Source: Thermodesulfobacteriota bacterium (GTDB lineage Bacteria > Desulfobacterota > Desulfarculia > JACQYL01). Taken from it: a stretch of DNA of 64,000 bases. A model generated the notes under the pieces. It was not told the origin of the DNA. It saw only the letters and a program-made list of their open reading frames with translations, and made no database searches. The first letter of the stretch is position 1. Every line of letters starts with the position of its first letter. The DNA is taken from positions 3,968,001 to 4,032,000 of the forward strand of contig CAXXLZ010000002.1 of the NCBI GenBank assembly GCA_963675595.2, written 5' to 3'. A program made the translations under genes and the position numbers. This document shows positions 37,432 to 47,595 of this stretch, one piece after another.

Positions 37432-39861
37432 TTAATCGAAGCACGAGGAATCGTCTGCATCGCATCCCACGAAATCCAACTCCACATGGAAGTTTGAGCC
37501 TTTCCCCGGCTCGCTGTCCGCCCACATCTTTCCCCCGAGGAGTTGGGTCAGCCTCAGGGCGATACTGAGGCCGAGTCCCAGCCCGCCGAATTTCCGAGTA
37601 CTTGAGCCGTCGCCCTGGGTAAGTCCCCCAAAAATGAGCTTCAGATTTTCCCGGGAGATGCCGACACCGCTGTCCCTGATCTGAAAATGGAGTCGGACCT
37701 TGTTCTCATCCCGACTCGTGCAGCTCACGGAGATATCCACCGAACCTTTTTCCGTAAACTTCACTGCGTTATAGAGTAGTTTTTCGATCAGGACCGACAG
37801 CTTTTTGAGATCGCCCAGAAGAATGGGAGGAATGTCCGGGGATACCGACGTATTGATCGAGATGCCTTTGAGTCGGGCTTCGTGATCCACCCGGTGCGCC
37901 AACCCGGCAAGCACTGAATGAACGTCGAAAGGCTGTAACTGAACCCCTATCTTTCCGGCTTCCAGATGGCTTAACTCGATCAGGTCGTTGATCATATCGA
38001 GCAGCGAGTGAGCCGAGTCTTGGGCCAATTGGAGCAACTCTCGTTGGTCCGGGGTAAGCCGGGCTTCAAGAATCAGGTCGATCACGCCCATGACGTGGTT
38101 CATGGGAGTCCGAAATTCATGGCTGATGTTGGCCAAGAACTCATTCTTTGCTCGATTGGACGACTCAGCCGCGTCTTTGGCCCGAATGAGGGATTCTTCC
38201 GCTTCCTTTTTCAGAGTGACGTCTTCCGTGATTCCTGCGACTCGATAAGGCTGTCCCGATTCGCCCAATACGGGAAAAGCCCTATCCTGAATCCAACGGA
38301 TCGTGCCGTCCGGACGGCGGATTCGATAAGTTTCATCATACCTGCCCTCGACCTGAAGATTGACGGCCGATTCGCGCACCCGTTCCCGGTCCTCGGGCAC
38401 AACAGCGTCAAGCCAGGAAGCCGGATTCGCATACAGGCTGTCGACCGAACGGCCCCATATCCGTTCATAGGCGGGCGACACATAAATCGTCCGGTTATTT
38501 TTCAAACTCGTCAGCCAGAACACTTGCTCGATGTTTTCCGCAAGTTGGCGGAATCGCTCTTCACTTTCGCGCAGAGCCTTTTCAGACTCTTTGCGTGCGG
38601 TGATATCTTCGGCGAAACCTTCCAGGATGGTGGATTTTCCTTCCGAATCTCTGACGAACCTCAGTTGGAGCAGGGCGGACCAGACTTCTCCGTTTTTTCG
38701 GAGCAACTCCACCTCCGCGCTGTGGACTCCTTTCTTCTCCGAAATTCTTAGGATCATTTCCCGTCGTTGTTCAGGATCGTCATAAACCTGTTGGGCAATA
38801 TCCTTGATTTCGCTTATGACCTCCTCCGGCCCTGAGTAGCCCAGCATGGTTGCGAAGGCCGGGTTAACGTTAAGGAACTTTCCCTGAAGTGTTGTCTGGA
38901 ATATCCCCACGGCGCCGTATTCAAAGAGGGAGCGGTACTTCTCCTCGGATCGGCGGAGAGCCTCTTCGGCTCGTTTTCGTTCACTAATATCCCGATAGAC
39001 AAAAAAGAACGTGGTCTTTCCGCCCATATCCATCGATCGTGCGCTGATTTCCACCGGAACTTGTCGTCCATCGGGACGCAATACCAGAGTCTCCATCCGG
39101 GCAACTCGCCCGGTTCGGTTTTGGACGCGAAGGGGATCAAGAAATTCTCGTTGAATTCTCTCTCGTTCGTCCTCAGGATGGATTTCGGATTGATGTAAGC
39201 CTACGATATCGTCGTAGGAGCTCTCCAGGAGTTGAACGGCGGTGGGGTTGAGATGAAGGATGCTCAATGTGACCGGGTCCGTCAGGAAGAGGGCGTCGGG
39301 CGCTTCGTCGAAAACGGTACGGTATCGCCTTTCCGCTTCATACAATCGACGTTCGATTTGTGCGCGCTTCTTGATTTCGTTGACCAGTTGTTCGTTCGTC
39401 TTTTTCAGCTCGGCCGTGCGCTCTTCCACCCTCCGTTCCAGATTGGCGGACAGTTCACGATTTTCGGCCTGGAGTCTCTGTTTCTCCAGAGCACTTTCGA
39501 CCACGTTCAGGAGTTCGGTTTGTCCCGACAAAGGTTTGGTGAGGTAGTGGAAAGCACCGGCTTCCCTTAAACTGCTCACAGCTTCCTGAACACCGCCGAG
39601 TCCGGAAAGAACTATGAACTGGATGTCCGGGTCCAATTGCCGAATTTCCCGCATGAGCTCGAGACCGTTCATGCCCGGCATGACCAGGTCGGTGATCACC
39701 AAATGGAAGGAGTGGGAAGAGAACAAGTTCAGGGCCTGGAGGCCGTCGTCGGCGGTCTCCACTTCGAACCCTCGTTGAGAAAGTATGTTCCGTAAATACC
39801 TTCTCGGTTCGATCTCGTCGTCAATTACAAGGATTCGAGGGCGCAACGAGCACTTCCCCAT
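37432..39861 (-). CDS. Hybrid sensor histidine kinase (N-terminal receiver, 3 PAS domains, HisKA, HATPase)
   Basis: RILVIDDE...TDLVMPGMNG...YLTKP; three PAS/PAC repeats (DISERK, DITARK, DVTLKK); ISHEFRTPMN, NAVKFT, DSGVGI, GGLGLGLSI; no TM segment. Confidence 0.93.
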   Translation of the reverse strand: MGKCSLRPRILVIDDEIEPRRYLRNILSQRGFEVETADDGLQALNLFSSHSFHLVITDLVMPGMNGLELMREIRQLDPDIQFIVLSGLGGVQEAVSSLREAGAFHYLTKPLSGQTELLNVVESALEKQRLQAENRELSANLERRVEERTAELKKTNEQLVNEIKKRAQIERRLYEAERRYRTVFDEAPDALFLTDPVTLSILHLNPTAVQLLESSYDDIVGLHQSEIHPEDERERIQREFLDPLRVQNRTGRVARMETLVLRPDGRQVPVEISARSMDMGGKTTFFFVYRDISERKRAEEALRRSEEKYRSLFEYGAVGIFQTTLQGKFLNVNPAFATMLGYSGPEEVISEIKDIAQQVYDDPEQRREMILRISEKKGVHSAEVELLRKNGEVWSALLQLRFVRDSEGKSTILEGFAEDITARKESEKALRESEERFRQLAENIEQVFWLTSLKNNRTIYVSPAYERIWGRSVDSLYANPASWLDAVVPEDRERVRESAVNLQVEGRYDETYRIRRPDGTIRWIQDRAFPVLGESGQPYRVAGITEDVTLKKEAEESLIRAKDAAESSNRAKNEFLANISHEFRTPMNHVMGVIDLILEARLTPDQRELLQLAQDSAHSLLDMINDLIELSHLEAGKIGVQLQPFDVHSVLAGLAHRVDHEARLKGISINTSVSPDIPPILLGDLKKLSVLIEKLLYNAVKFTEKGSVDISVSCTSRDENKVRLHFQIRDSGVGISRENLKLIFGGLTQGDGSSTRKFGGLGLGLSIALRLTQLLGGKMWADSEPGKGSNFHVELDFVGCDADDSSCFD

Positions 39862-40238
39862 CGGTTTCCCCGACCCTTGGGGCAATGGTGGCGAAGCGCA
39901 TTACCCTAAGCGTGAGTCGCCGGGAAACCGACTCAATCTTGTTTAAGAGAATGTTACGATTGTATCCTTTCGTTTGATATGTTTCCAATCGTATTTGCCG
40001 GTTTTCCGTCGTGAACACCTTGGGTTACCGGCTCATTGATATCTGAACGCGCAAGACCGCATGTGCGGGCCCTTATGTAATCGATGGGCGTCCGTTACCG
40101 CTTCAATGGGATGTCCTTCGCGATTGAAGTGTCGGAACTTCGGGAGTCGACGAGAAGCATACTTGGATTCTTCGTGGACATCCGTCACGCTTGGCAGTAT
40201 ATTGATTGCACGATTTCCAAGGCAGGAGGTTTCAGACC

Positions 40239-40985
40239 ATGACGAAGATAATTTTGCTCCGACACGGCGAGAGCGTTTGGAACCTGGAGAACCGGTTTAC
40301 CGGTTGGACCGACGTGGACTTGTCGGAAAGGGGCCTGAAAGAAGCCCATGAAGCAGGGAAAACCCTGCTGGCCGAAGGTTATGTGTTCGACGTGGCCTTC
40401 ACGTCCGTGCTCAAACGAGCCATCCGCACTTTGTGGATCGTCATGGACGAGATGGACCTCATGTGGGTTCCGGTGGAGCGTTGCTGGAGACTCAACGAGA
40501 GGCATTACGGAGCGTTGCAGGGCTTCAATAAAGCCGATACCGCGGAAAAGTACGGTATGGAGCAGGTGCATTTGTGGCGTAGGAGCTACGACGTGCCTCC
40601 CCCTGAGTTGGAGGAGACGGATCCCCGACATCCGGGCCGGGATCCCAGGTACGCGAACCTGGAAAAGAAGGACATTCCCGCGTCCGAATCCCTCAAGACC
40701 ACGTTGGACCGGGTGCTTCCCTACTGGCACGAAACCATCGCGCCCACGGTGGCGCAGGGCAAACGGGTTCTGCTGGCCGCCCACGGCAACAGTCTCCGAG
40801 CGCTGGTGAAATATCTGGACAACATTCCGGATGAGGAAATCGTGGGTTTGAACATTCCCACCGGAATTCCATTGGTTTATGAGCTTGATGGGGACCTTCG
40901 ACCCATACGGCATTACTACCTGGGGGATCAGGAAGCCGTAGCCAAGGCCACAGCTTCGGTGGCCGGACAGTTGAAGAAGAAATAG
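40239..40985 (+). CDS. gpmA: 2,3-bisphosphoglycerate-dependent phosphoglycerate mutase
   Basis: [57 protein letters not shown]; GGAGG RBS. Confidence 0.97.
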   Translation: MTKIILLRHGESVWNLENRFTGWTDVDLSERGLKEAHEAGKTLLAEGYVFDVAFTSVLKRAIRTLWIVMDEMDLMWVPVERCWRLNERHYGALQGFNKADTAEKYGMEQVHLWRRSYDVPPPELEETDPRHPGRDPRYANLEKKDIPASESLKTTLDRVLPYWHETIAPTVAQGKRVLLAAHGNSLRALVKYLDNIPDEEIVGLNIPTGIPLVYELDGDLRPIRHYYLGDQEAVAKATASVAGQLKKK

Positions 40986-41021
40986 AGCTTCTCTTATTTC
41001 CTTGAAAATACATGATTATTT

Positions 41022-41056
41022 GGGGACACCCCATCTCCGATGTGCGGGGTGTCCCC
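41022..41056. terminator. Stem-loop between convergent genes (probable terminator)
   Basis: GGGGACACCCC ... GGGGTGTCCCC perfect 11-bp inverted repeat. Confidence 0.55.
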
Positions 41057-41082
41057 GAGGTTTCCCCGGACCAAATCTCGTT

Positions 41083-41316
41083 CTAATCCGAACTTTTGCC
41101 TTCCTTGAATTCCCGGGCCGCATGTTTGGCTTCTTCCCAGATGTTGCGGCCCCGTTTCTTCAGAATCTTGTTGGCCTCGTCAACGGTGGAAGTGCAGATT
41201 TGATCGAGGGTCTTTTCGTCCGGGAGCGGTTTGCCCTCTTTTTGGAGTTTCCACCGGACCAGGGACTTGGCCGCCTGTTTCTGACCGGCGAAAAGCAGGT
41301 CCGAAAGCTTGCCCAT
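41083..41316 (-). CDS. Small hypothetical helical protein (77 aa)
   Basis: Strong RBS AAAGGAGGAG before ATG 41316; MGKLSDLLFAGQKQAAKSLVRWKLQKEG..., charged helical composition. Confidence 0.7.
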   Translation of the reverse strand: MGKLSDLLFAGQKQAAKSLVRWKLQKEGKPLPDEKTLDQICTSTVDEANKILKKRGRNIWEEAKHAAREFKEGKSSD

Positions 41317-41565
41317 AATGCTCCTCCTTTTCTTCGCCCGCATTGTATCGTTTCCGGGTTCCAAGATAAACCCGTCGGGTTCGCGTGAGCCTGTCGGCAC
41401 ATGTCGGGCAAGGGAGGCGGCGTCCGGTCTTTTCAATCGTCCAAGACGCGGGCGCTGGGACAAATGAATACGGGCCGACCCGATAAACCGTGCCGGTTGA
41501 CGGGCGGTCCCGTTTGCTTTACGTAATCAGGCATTGTGTGAAAGGAATTGGTAAAGACGACGAAC

Positions 41566-42342
41566 ATGGAACAATGGATCGACACACACGCCCATCTGGA
41601 CATGGAACCTTTCCTGGAGGATTTGGAACAGGTCATCGACAGAGCCCGGATGACGGGCGTCAAAGGAATCATTTCAGTGGGCTCGGATATTGCCTCAAGT
41701 AAAAGGGCCGTAAGCATCGCCGGACAATACGGTATGGTCAAAGCGGCAGTGGGAGTGCATCCTCATGAGGCCTGCAAGGGCGGCCGGACGGAAGAACTGG
41801 AACGCCTGCTGAAGGAGGCCGAGGTTCTGGCCGTCGGCGAGATGGGATTGGATTATTTCTACAACCATTCCGAGCGGGAGGAACAGCTTGAAGTGTTCCG
41901 GATGCAGGTGGAACTGGCCGGCGACGTCGGGAAACCAATCATCGTGCACGTGAGGGACGCTCATGACGACGCCGTGGAAATCCTCCGCGGCGCGGGGAAT
42001 GGGAAGGTGCGCGGAGTGATTCACTGTTTCACCGGCGGTCCCGAGGACCTGCACTCCTACCTGGAAATGGGATTCTATATTTCCTTCGCCGGTATCGTCA
42101 CATTCAAGAAGGCATCCGAGCTCCGCGATGCTGCGGCCATGGTCCCGATGGATCGCTTGCTCGTGGAAACGGATGCGCCTTACTTGGCTCCGGTTCCCAT
42201 GCGAGGCAAACGCAATGAGCCGGCGTTCGTGGTCCATACGGGAGCAGCCTTGGCGGAAGTGCTCGGCGTTTCCTCCGAGGAACTTGCGAGCCGAACTACG
42301 GCCAACGCGGATTCACTCTTCAAACCGGGGTCATGGGCGTGA
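41566..42342 (+). CDS. tatD: TatD-family deoxyribonuclease
   Basis: IDTHAHLD, AVGVHPH, AVGEMGLDY, IVHVRDA, VIHCFTG, LVETDAPYLAPVPMRGKRNEP. Confidence 0.95.
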   Translation: MEQWIDTHAHLDMEPFLEDLEQVIDRARMTGVKGIISVGSDIASSKRAVSIAGQYGMVKAAVGVHPHEACKGGRTEELERLLKEAEVLAVGEMGLDYFYNHSEREEQLEVFRMQVELAGDVGKPIIVHVRDAHDDAVEILRGAGNGKVRGVIHCFTGGPEDLHSYLEMGFYISFAGIVTFKKASELRDAAAMVPMDRLLVETDAPYLAPVPMRGKRNEPAFVVHTGAALAEVLGVSSEELASRTTANADSLFKPGSWA

Positions 42343-42947
42343 GATCGGAGCCTCTTTTCGTCCTGGCTTCCGGCTCACCCCGGCGCAAAGAGCTCTTGGC
42401 GCGCATGGGCTTCGATTTTGAAGTGCACCCCGCCGAATGCGATGAGAGACCGCGTTCCGGAGAACCTGCGGAGGACTACGCAAGGCGGATGGCCAAGGAA
42501 AAGGCGGAAGCGGTTACTTCGCTTCTGCCTTCTCGCTGGGTGTTGGCCGCGGACACCGTGGTGGTGGTGGACGGTGCGATCCTCGGAAAACCCGGAGACG
42601 AGAATGAAGCGGCGGCCATGATCGCGACGCTGGCGGGAAAGACTCACTCGGTAATCACTTCCTACTGCTGGTCTCATGGACGCCGTGGAACGGTTCGCGT
42701 GTGTTCCGTGAAGAGCCTTGTAGAGTTCAAGCCCTTGGATTCGGGCGAAATAGGACGCTATGTGGATACCGGCGAACCCATGGACAAAGCCGGCGCTTAC
42801 GCGGTGCAGGGTCTGGGGGCATTCATGGTAAGGGCGGTCCACGGCTCCTACAGCAATGTCGTTGGTCTGCCTTTGTGCGAGGTGATCGACACTATGGTGG
42901 AACTGGGCGTCATACCCGAGTTCCCTGTTTCTTTCGATCGGAAATAG
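42333..42947 (+). CDS. maf: Maf-family nucleoside triphosphate pyrophosphatase
   Basis: LASGSPRRKELL, AADTVV, ILGKP, EPMDKAGAYAVQG, GSYSNVVGLP. Confidence 0.96.
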   Translation: MGVRSEPLFVLASGSPRRKELLARMGFDFEVHPAECDERPRSGEPAEDYARRMAKEKAEAVTSLLPSRWVLAADTVVVVDGAILGKPGDENEAAAMIATLAGKTHSVITSYCWSHGRRGTVRVCSVKSLVEFKPLDSGEIGRYVDTGEPMDKAGAYAVQGLGAFMVRAVHGSYSNVVGLPLCEVIDTMVELGVIPEFPVSFDRK

Positions 42948-43019
42948 AGCCTTTTCGGCCCCCCCGACTTTTGCCGATTTCGAGTAACCCTCGGCCGGGC
43001 GGCGGGGCTTGGAGTGTGC

Positions 43020-43712
43020 ATGTCTTCCATCGCGGACAACCTGCGGCTAGTGATGGACCGGATCGCGAGAGCCGCTTCAAAATCCGGACGCGCGCCCGAG
43101 GCGGTCCGACTTGTGGCAGTGAGTAAGACCGTTTCTCCCGAGCGGATTCAAGAGGCCGTGAACGCCGGGGTCCAAATACTGGGGGAGAACTATCTACAAG
43201 AAGCCCAGGAGAAAATGCCGAAGGTGTCCGGTCCCGTATGCTGGCATTTCATCGGACATCTTCAGTCCAGGAAGGCCAAAGACGTGGTTCGCGATTTTGA
43301 TCTGATTCATTCGGTGGACAGCGTCAAACTCGCTCGCGAAATCGACCGGCGGGCCGAGGCTCTCGGTAAGACCATGGATATCCTGGTTCAGGTCAACGTG
43401 TCCGGAGAGGAATCCAAGTTCGGCTTGGACCCTGAGGATATCGAACCCTTCCTGGACCAAGCCCGGGGGCTGGAGCACGTTGTGATATCGGGTCTAATGA
43501 CCATGCCGCCCTTTTTCGACCAGCCCGATCGTGTCCGGCCGTATTTCGCGAAATTAAGGGAACTTTCTCGGCGAGCGGCGGACCGTAACCGGGAGGGCAA
43601 CATCCGCCTCACGGAGCTGTCCATGGGGATGAGCGGTGACTTTGAAGCCGCTGTTGAAGAAGGAGCCACATTGGTTCGAGTGGGAACCCTGTTGTTCGGC
43701 TCCAGAACCTGA
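43020..43712 (+). CDS. yggS: PLP homeostasis protein YggS
   Basis: LVAVSKT, GENYLQE, WHFIGHLQS, IHSVDS, GLMTMPP, LSMGMSGDF, ATLVRVGT. Confidence 0.96.
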   Translation: MSSIADNLRLVMDRIARAASKSGRAPEAVRLVAVSKTVSPERIQEAVNAGVQILGENYLQEAQEKMPKVSGPVCWHFIGHLQSRKAKDVVRDFDLIHSVDSVKLAREIDRRAEALGKTMDILVQVNVSGEESKFGLDPEDIEPFLDQARGLEHVVISGLMTMPPFFDQPDRVRPYFAKLRELSRRAADRNREGNIRLTELSMGMSGDFEAAVEEGATLVRVGTLLFGSRT

Positions 43713-43733
43713 CATGGATATCGAGCACCAACC

Positions 43734-46700
43734 ATGACGAACAAACGAGAGCTTAGGGCGTATCTCCTATCTCACGGGGATATCCCCGACGATTTGGTTG
43801 ACGAGCACCTGTCTCGATTGGGCGCTCGTTACTTCGAGAGATTTACTGAAGTCGAGATTCGGAGCCATTTGTTGGGGTTATCCGATCTGACTCCGGACAA
43901 ACCGGGTGAAGTCCTGGTAAGGCGTCTCGGGGACGGCAGGACGGACTGCACGGTGCTCGGATTTGATTATCCTCACCTTTTCTCTCTCCTGACCGGCATC
44001 CTGGCGGCGCTGGGCTTTAATATACTGATCGGAGACGTGTTCACCTACCTGCCGGCGGCATCGCATCCTTCTCCTTCACAACGTGGCCCCCAGCGGAGAA
44101 GGCTTTCTCCGGATCCTTTGAAACGGCGTCGCATCGTGGATTATTTTTCCGGAGAGGCGGCGTCCTCCGTGCCCTTTGAAGTCTGGTCGGATCAGCTTTC
44201 CGGAACCGTGGTGGAGGTGCTGAAGCTGTTGGAGGCGGGAGACGACGACTCCGCGGCACGAGCCAAGCGGACGGTCAACGAGATGGTGGTCCGGATGTTG
44301 GCCGGTCGAAAATTCAGTTCGAAGCCTATTCTGTATCCCGTACAGATCGACATCGACAACAGCGATCCGGCGGTGACTTCCTTGAAAGTGATTTCGCAGG
44401 ATACCGTGGCATTTCTCTATACCTTGTCGAGCGCGCTTTCCCTTCATCGGATTTCCATCGAAAGCGTACGGATACGGACTCTCGAAGGTCGAGTGGAGGA
44501 CGAAATCGACTTCGTGGATTCTCGAGGTGATAAAATCGAGGATCCTGGAATTCTCAGCCAGATCCAACTTTCCGTGGTGCTCACCAAGCAGTTCACCTAT
44601 TTCCTGGAATCCGCTCCCGATCCTTACGCCGCTCTTAGCCGTTTCGGCCGCCTGGCTGAAGAGGTGCTCCTCATGTCCAAAGAAGGACAATGGGTCCAGC
44701 TGCTGTCCAATCCAACGATCCTGAAAGAGCTGGCAAGGCTGCTGGGAGCGAGCGATTATCTCTGGGAAGATTTCATTCGACGCCACTACGAAGTGGTCTT
44801 GCCCATGTTGGAGCAGGATGGGAAGGATCAGGATTTCAGTACTCCGGCCGAGCTGCTCGGACGCAGTATGGATGAGGCTCTACGGGGTGCGATTGAGCCG
44901 GCGGAACAGCGACGCCGACTGAATGAATTCAAGGATCGAGAGATCTTTCTGATCGACCTCGATCATATCAGGGGAAGGCTGGACTACCGTTCTTTCGCCG
45001 AAAAGCTGACCGTGTTGGCGGAACAGGTCATCGGCACCGCCGCACGCCTCGCCTATGGGCATTTGGCCCGACGGCACGGCATTCCGAGAACTGTCGGAGG
45101 CATGGAGGCCCAATTTTCCGTCCTCGGTTTGGGAAAGCTCGGAGGGGCCGCTCTGGGATATGCGTCGGACGTGGAATTGTTGTTCGTTTACAGCGACAAC
45201 GGGGCCACGGATGGAGAGTCCCCTCTCGATAATGCCGAGTTCTTTGATCGATTGGCCAAGGGGGTGGTTCAAATCATCGAGGCCAAGCAACAAGGAATTT
45301 TTCACATCGACCTCCGACTCCGACCTTACGGGAACCAGAGCCCTTTGGCCTGCAGCCTGGAGAATTTCTATCGCTATTACGTCAAAGACGGGCCGGCCCA
45401 CTCCTATGAGCGATTGGCCCTGGTACGCCTACGGACCGTGGCGGGCAACGCGGCGCTGGGGGCGCGAGTGGAACGCTTGCGTGACGAGATCGTCTACAGT
45501 TCGGCCGCCATCGACTTCGATGAACTTCGTGAGTTGAGGAAGAAGCAATTCGAGAGCAAAAGCTCCGGGGAACAGCTTAACGCGAAGTTTTGCCCGGGCG
45601 GATTGGTGGATTTGGAGTATGACGTACAGATGCTTCAAGTCATGTACGGCGGAGGAGTGTCCGAACTGCGAACTCCAAGAGTTCACCAAGCGTTGCTGGT
45701 CCTCGCGGACTTGGAGATTTTGGCCCCCCAGGAGGCCAAAGGGTTGATCGAGGCGTATGGATTCCTTCGGGAACTGATCAACGGTCTGCGGATGCTTCGC
45801 GGGTCCGCCGAAGACTTGCTGCTTCCCCCCACGGACTCACAGGAATTCGCACACCTTGCCCGGCGAATGGGTTATCGCCGAGGCGGCGCCTTGGATGCCG
45901 CCGAAGAGCTTCGTCTGGACTTTGAAACCCACACGGCCGCGGTGCGAGCGTTCGCTGAGAAGCATTTCGGTCGGGATTCCTTGCCTCGTCCCCACGCGGG
46001 GAGCGTTGCGGATCTCGTGCTTTCGGCCGATCCCGCCGAGGAACTTCGAAACCGGGTTCTTACGGAAGCCGGTTTCTCCAATCCCGGTCGGGCTTACGTG
46101 AATTTGCGAAGCTTGGCGGGAGAGGGAGGCAGCCGAAAGAACGCGTTCGCTCGCTTGGCCGTGCTGGCCGTAGACATTTTGCGAAACACTCCGGATCCGG
46201 ACATGGCTCTCAATAACCTCGAGCGTTATATCCGTATTGTGGCCAGTGCCGAATCTCGTTTCAATACGTTGTTGTCGCAACCCATGCGTCTTGAAATCCT
46301 CCTGGGAATCTTTTCCGCGAGTCAGTTCTTGGCGGATACCGTAATCCGGCATCCGGGGTTCATGGACTGGGTCACCGTGCCGGAGAACCTTTACGAAACC
46401 CGAAAACGCAATGAAATGGAGGAGGAACTTCGCTCCTTTACTTTGAGCGGCGCGGGCCGAAAAGAATGGCTTAAGGAGGTTCGGCGGTTCCGAAGGAGAG
46501 AGATTCTGCGTATCGGGACGAGAGATATGGTCCTCGGCGTGGTGACTCCGGTGGTCACTCACGAACTTTCCATTCTCGCAGAAGCCCTGGTAAAGGAGTG
46601 CCTCTCCTGGATATGGAGGGAAACCGCAGAGGAAGCCGGCAGGGCAGATGACTTGTGTGTGCTGGAGAACCGTCTGTGCATTGTGGCCATGGGAAAACTG

Positions 46701-47522
46701 GGTGGGGACGAGCTGAATTATAGTTCGGATATTGATCTGATCGCCTTCTTTGATGATTCCACCGGAATCGGACCCAACGACAAGAAGCTGTACTCCGGAG
46801 TGGTTGAACGTCTGAGAGCCGACCTCTCGGACCATACTGAGGAAGGCTACGCCTATCGGGTGGATTTTCGGTTAAGGCCCTATGGGAGGGCCGGTGAACT
46901 GGTGCCGTCGCTCTCCAGCTTGGTGGACTACTATCTCAACAAAGCATCGGCATGGGAGGTGCAAGCCCTTCTAAAGGCCCGTCCCGTGGCCGGCAATGCC
47001 GCACTCGGAGAAGACCTGATGGCTAGGCTTAAACCGGTTCTTCTCCAGGAGAGGAACCGGGAGTCCGTAGTGGGTTCCATCGAAAAAATGCGGCGGGCCG
47101 CCATAAAGCAATCGGCGGGCTTCATGGGAGGAGGCATCGACGTCAAGACCGCCGCCGGAGGAATTCGGGATATCGAGTTCCTGGTCCAGGGGCTGCAACT
47201 GCTGTACGCTTCGGAAAGGCCCGGCATTCTCACCGGGAACACGCTTCGAGGACTCGACGCCTTGGTGGACGCCGGGTTGTTGCCCCCTGAACAGGGGGCC
47301 CGTCTTGAAGGCGGTTATGTGTTTCTCAGAAGGGTCGAACACTGTCTTCAAATTATGGAAGATCTTCAGGTCCATGACGTACCGAATGAGCGGGAAGCAT
47401 TGGAACCCCTGGCAAAAAGAGTCTTGGGCAAAGATTGCACGGCGGAGGCTTTCCTGGAAACATTGCACGCCTGTATGGAAGAAGTCCGGGAATCCTATAT
47501 TGAAATCTTGGTGGAGGGATGA
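43734..47522 (+). CDS. glnE: Glutamine synthetase adenylyltransferase/removase (GlnE family) with N-terminal ACT domains
   Basis: Two NTase modules: GKLGGAALGYASDVELLF...IDLRLRPYG and MGKLGGDELNYSSDIDLI...YRVDFRLRPYG; about 290-aa N-terminal extension with two ACT-like repeats. Confidence 0.9.
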   Translation: MTNKRELRAYLLSHGDIPDDLVDEHLSRLGARYFERFTEVEIRSHLLGLSDLTPDKPGEVLVRRLGDGRTDCTVLGFDYPHLFSLLTGILAALGFNILIGDVFTYLPAASHPSPSQRGPQRRRLSPDPLKRRRIVDYFSGEAASSVPFEVWSDQLSGTVVEVLKLLEAGDDDSAARAKRTVNEMVVRMLAGRKFSSKPILYPVQIDIDNSDPAVTSLKVISQDTVAFLYTLSSALSLHRISIESVRIRTLEGRVEDEIDFVDSRGDKIEDPGILSQIQLSVVLTKQFTYFLESAPDPYAALSRFGRLAEEVLLMSKEGQWVQLLSNPTILKELARLLGASDYLWEDFIRRHYEVVLPMLEQDGKDQDFSTPAELLGRSMDEALRGAIEPAEQRRRLNEFKDREIFLIDLDHIRGRLDYRSFAEKLTVLAEQVIGTAARLAYGHLARRHGIPRTVGGMEAQFSVLGLGKLGGAALGYASDVELLFVYSDNGATDGESPLDNAEFFDRLAKGVVQIIEAKQQGIFHIDLRLRPYGNQSPLACSLENFYRYYVKDGPAHSYERLALVRLRTVAGNAALGARVERLRDEIVYSSAAIDFDELRELRKKQFESKSSGEQLNAKFCPGGLVDLEYDVQMLQVMYGGGVSELRTPRVHQALLVLADLEILAPQEAKGLIEAYGFLRELINGLRMLRGSAEDLLLPPTDSQEFAHLARRMGYRRGGALDAAEELRLDFETHTAAVRAFAEKHFGRDSLPRPHAGSVADLVLSADPAEELRNRVLTEAGFSNPGRAYVNLRSLAGEGGSRKNAFARLAVLAVDILRNTPDPDMALNNLERYIRIVASAESRFNTLLSQPMRLEILLGIFSASQFLADTVIRHPGFMDWVTVPENLYETRKRNEMEEELRSFTLSGAGRKEWLKEVRRFRRREILRIGTRDMVLGVVTPVVTHELSILAEALVKECLSWIWRETAEEAGRADDLCVLENRLCIVAMGKLGGDELNYSSDIDLIAFFDDSTGIGPNDKKLYSGVVERLRADLSDHTEEGYAYRVDFRLRPYGRAGELVPSLSSLVDYYLNKASAWEVQALLKARPVAGNAALGEDLMARLKPVLLQERNRESVVGSIEKMRRAAIKQSAGFMGGGIDVKTAAGGIRDIEFLVQGLQLLYASERPGILTGNTLRGLDALVDAGLLPPEQGARLEGGYVFLRRVEHCLQIMEDLQVHDVPNEREALEPLAKRVLGKDCTAEAFLETLHACMEEVRESYIEILVEG

Positions 47523-47595
47523 CGTGCGGCCGAGAATCTCCCGCCCCGGTGTGGTTTGAGCCTTTCAGGAGTCCGTGAGACGCCGGGAACCGGCG

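Noticed and set aside
40192-40210. Sigma54-like TGGCA...TTGC upstream of gpmA
   Set aside because: GG to GC spacing is 3 nt too long for a -24/-12 promoter
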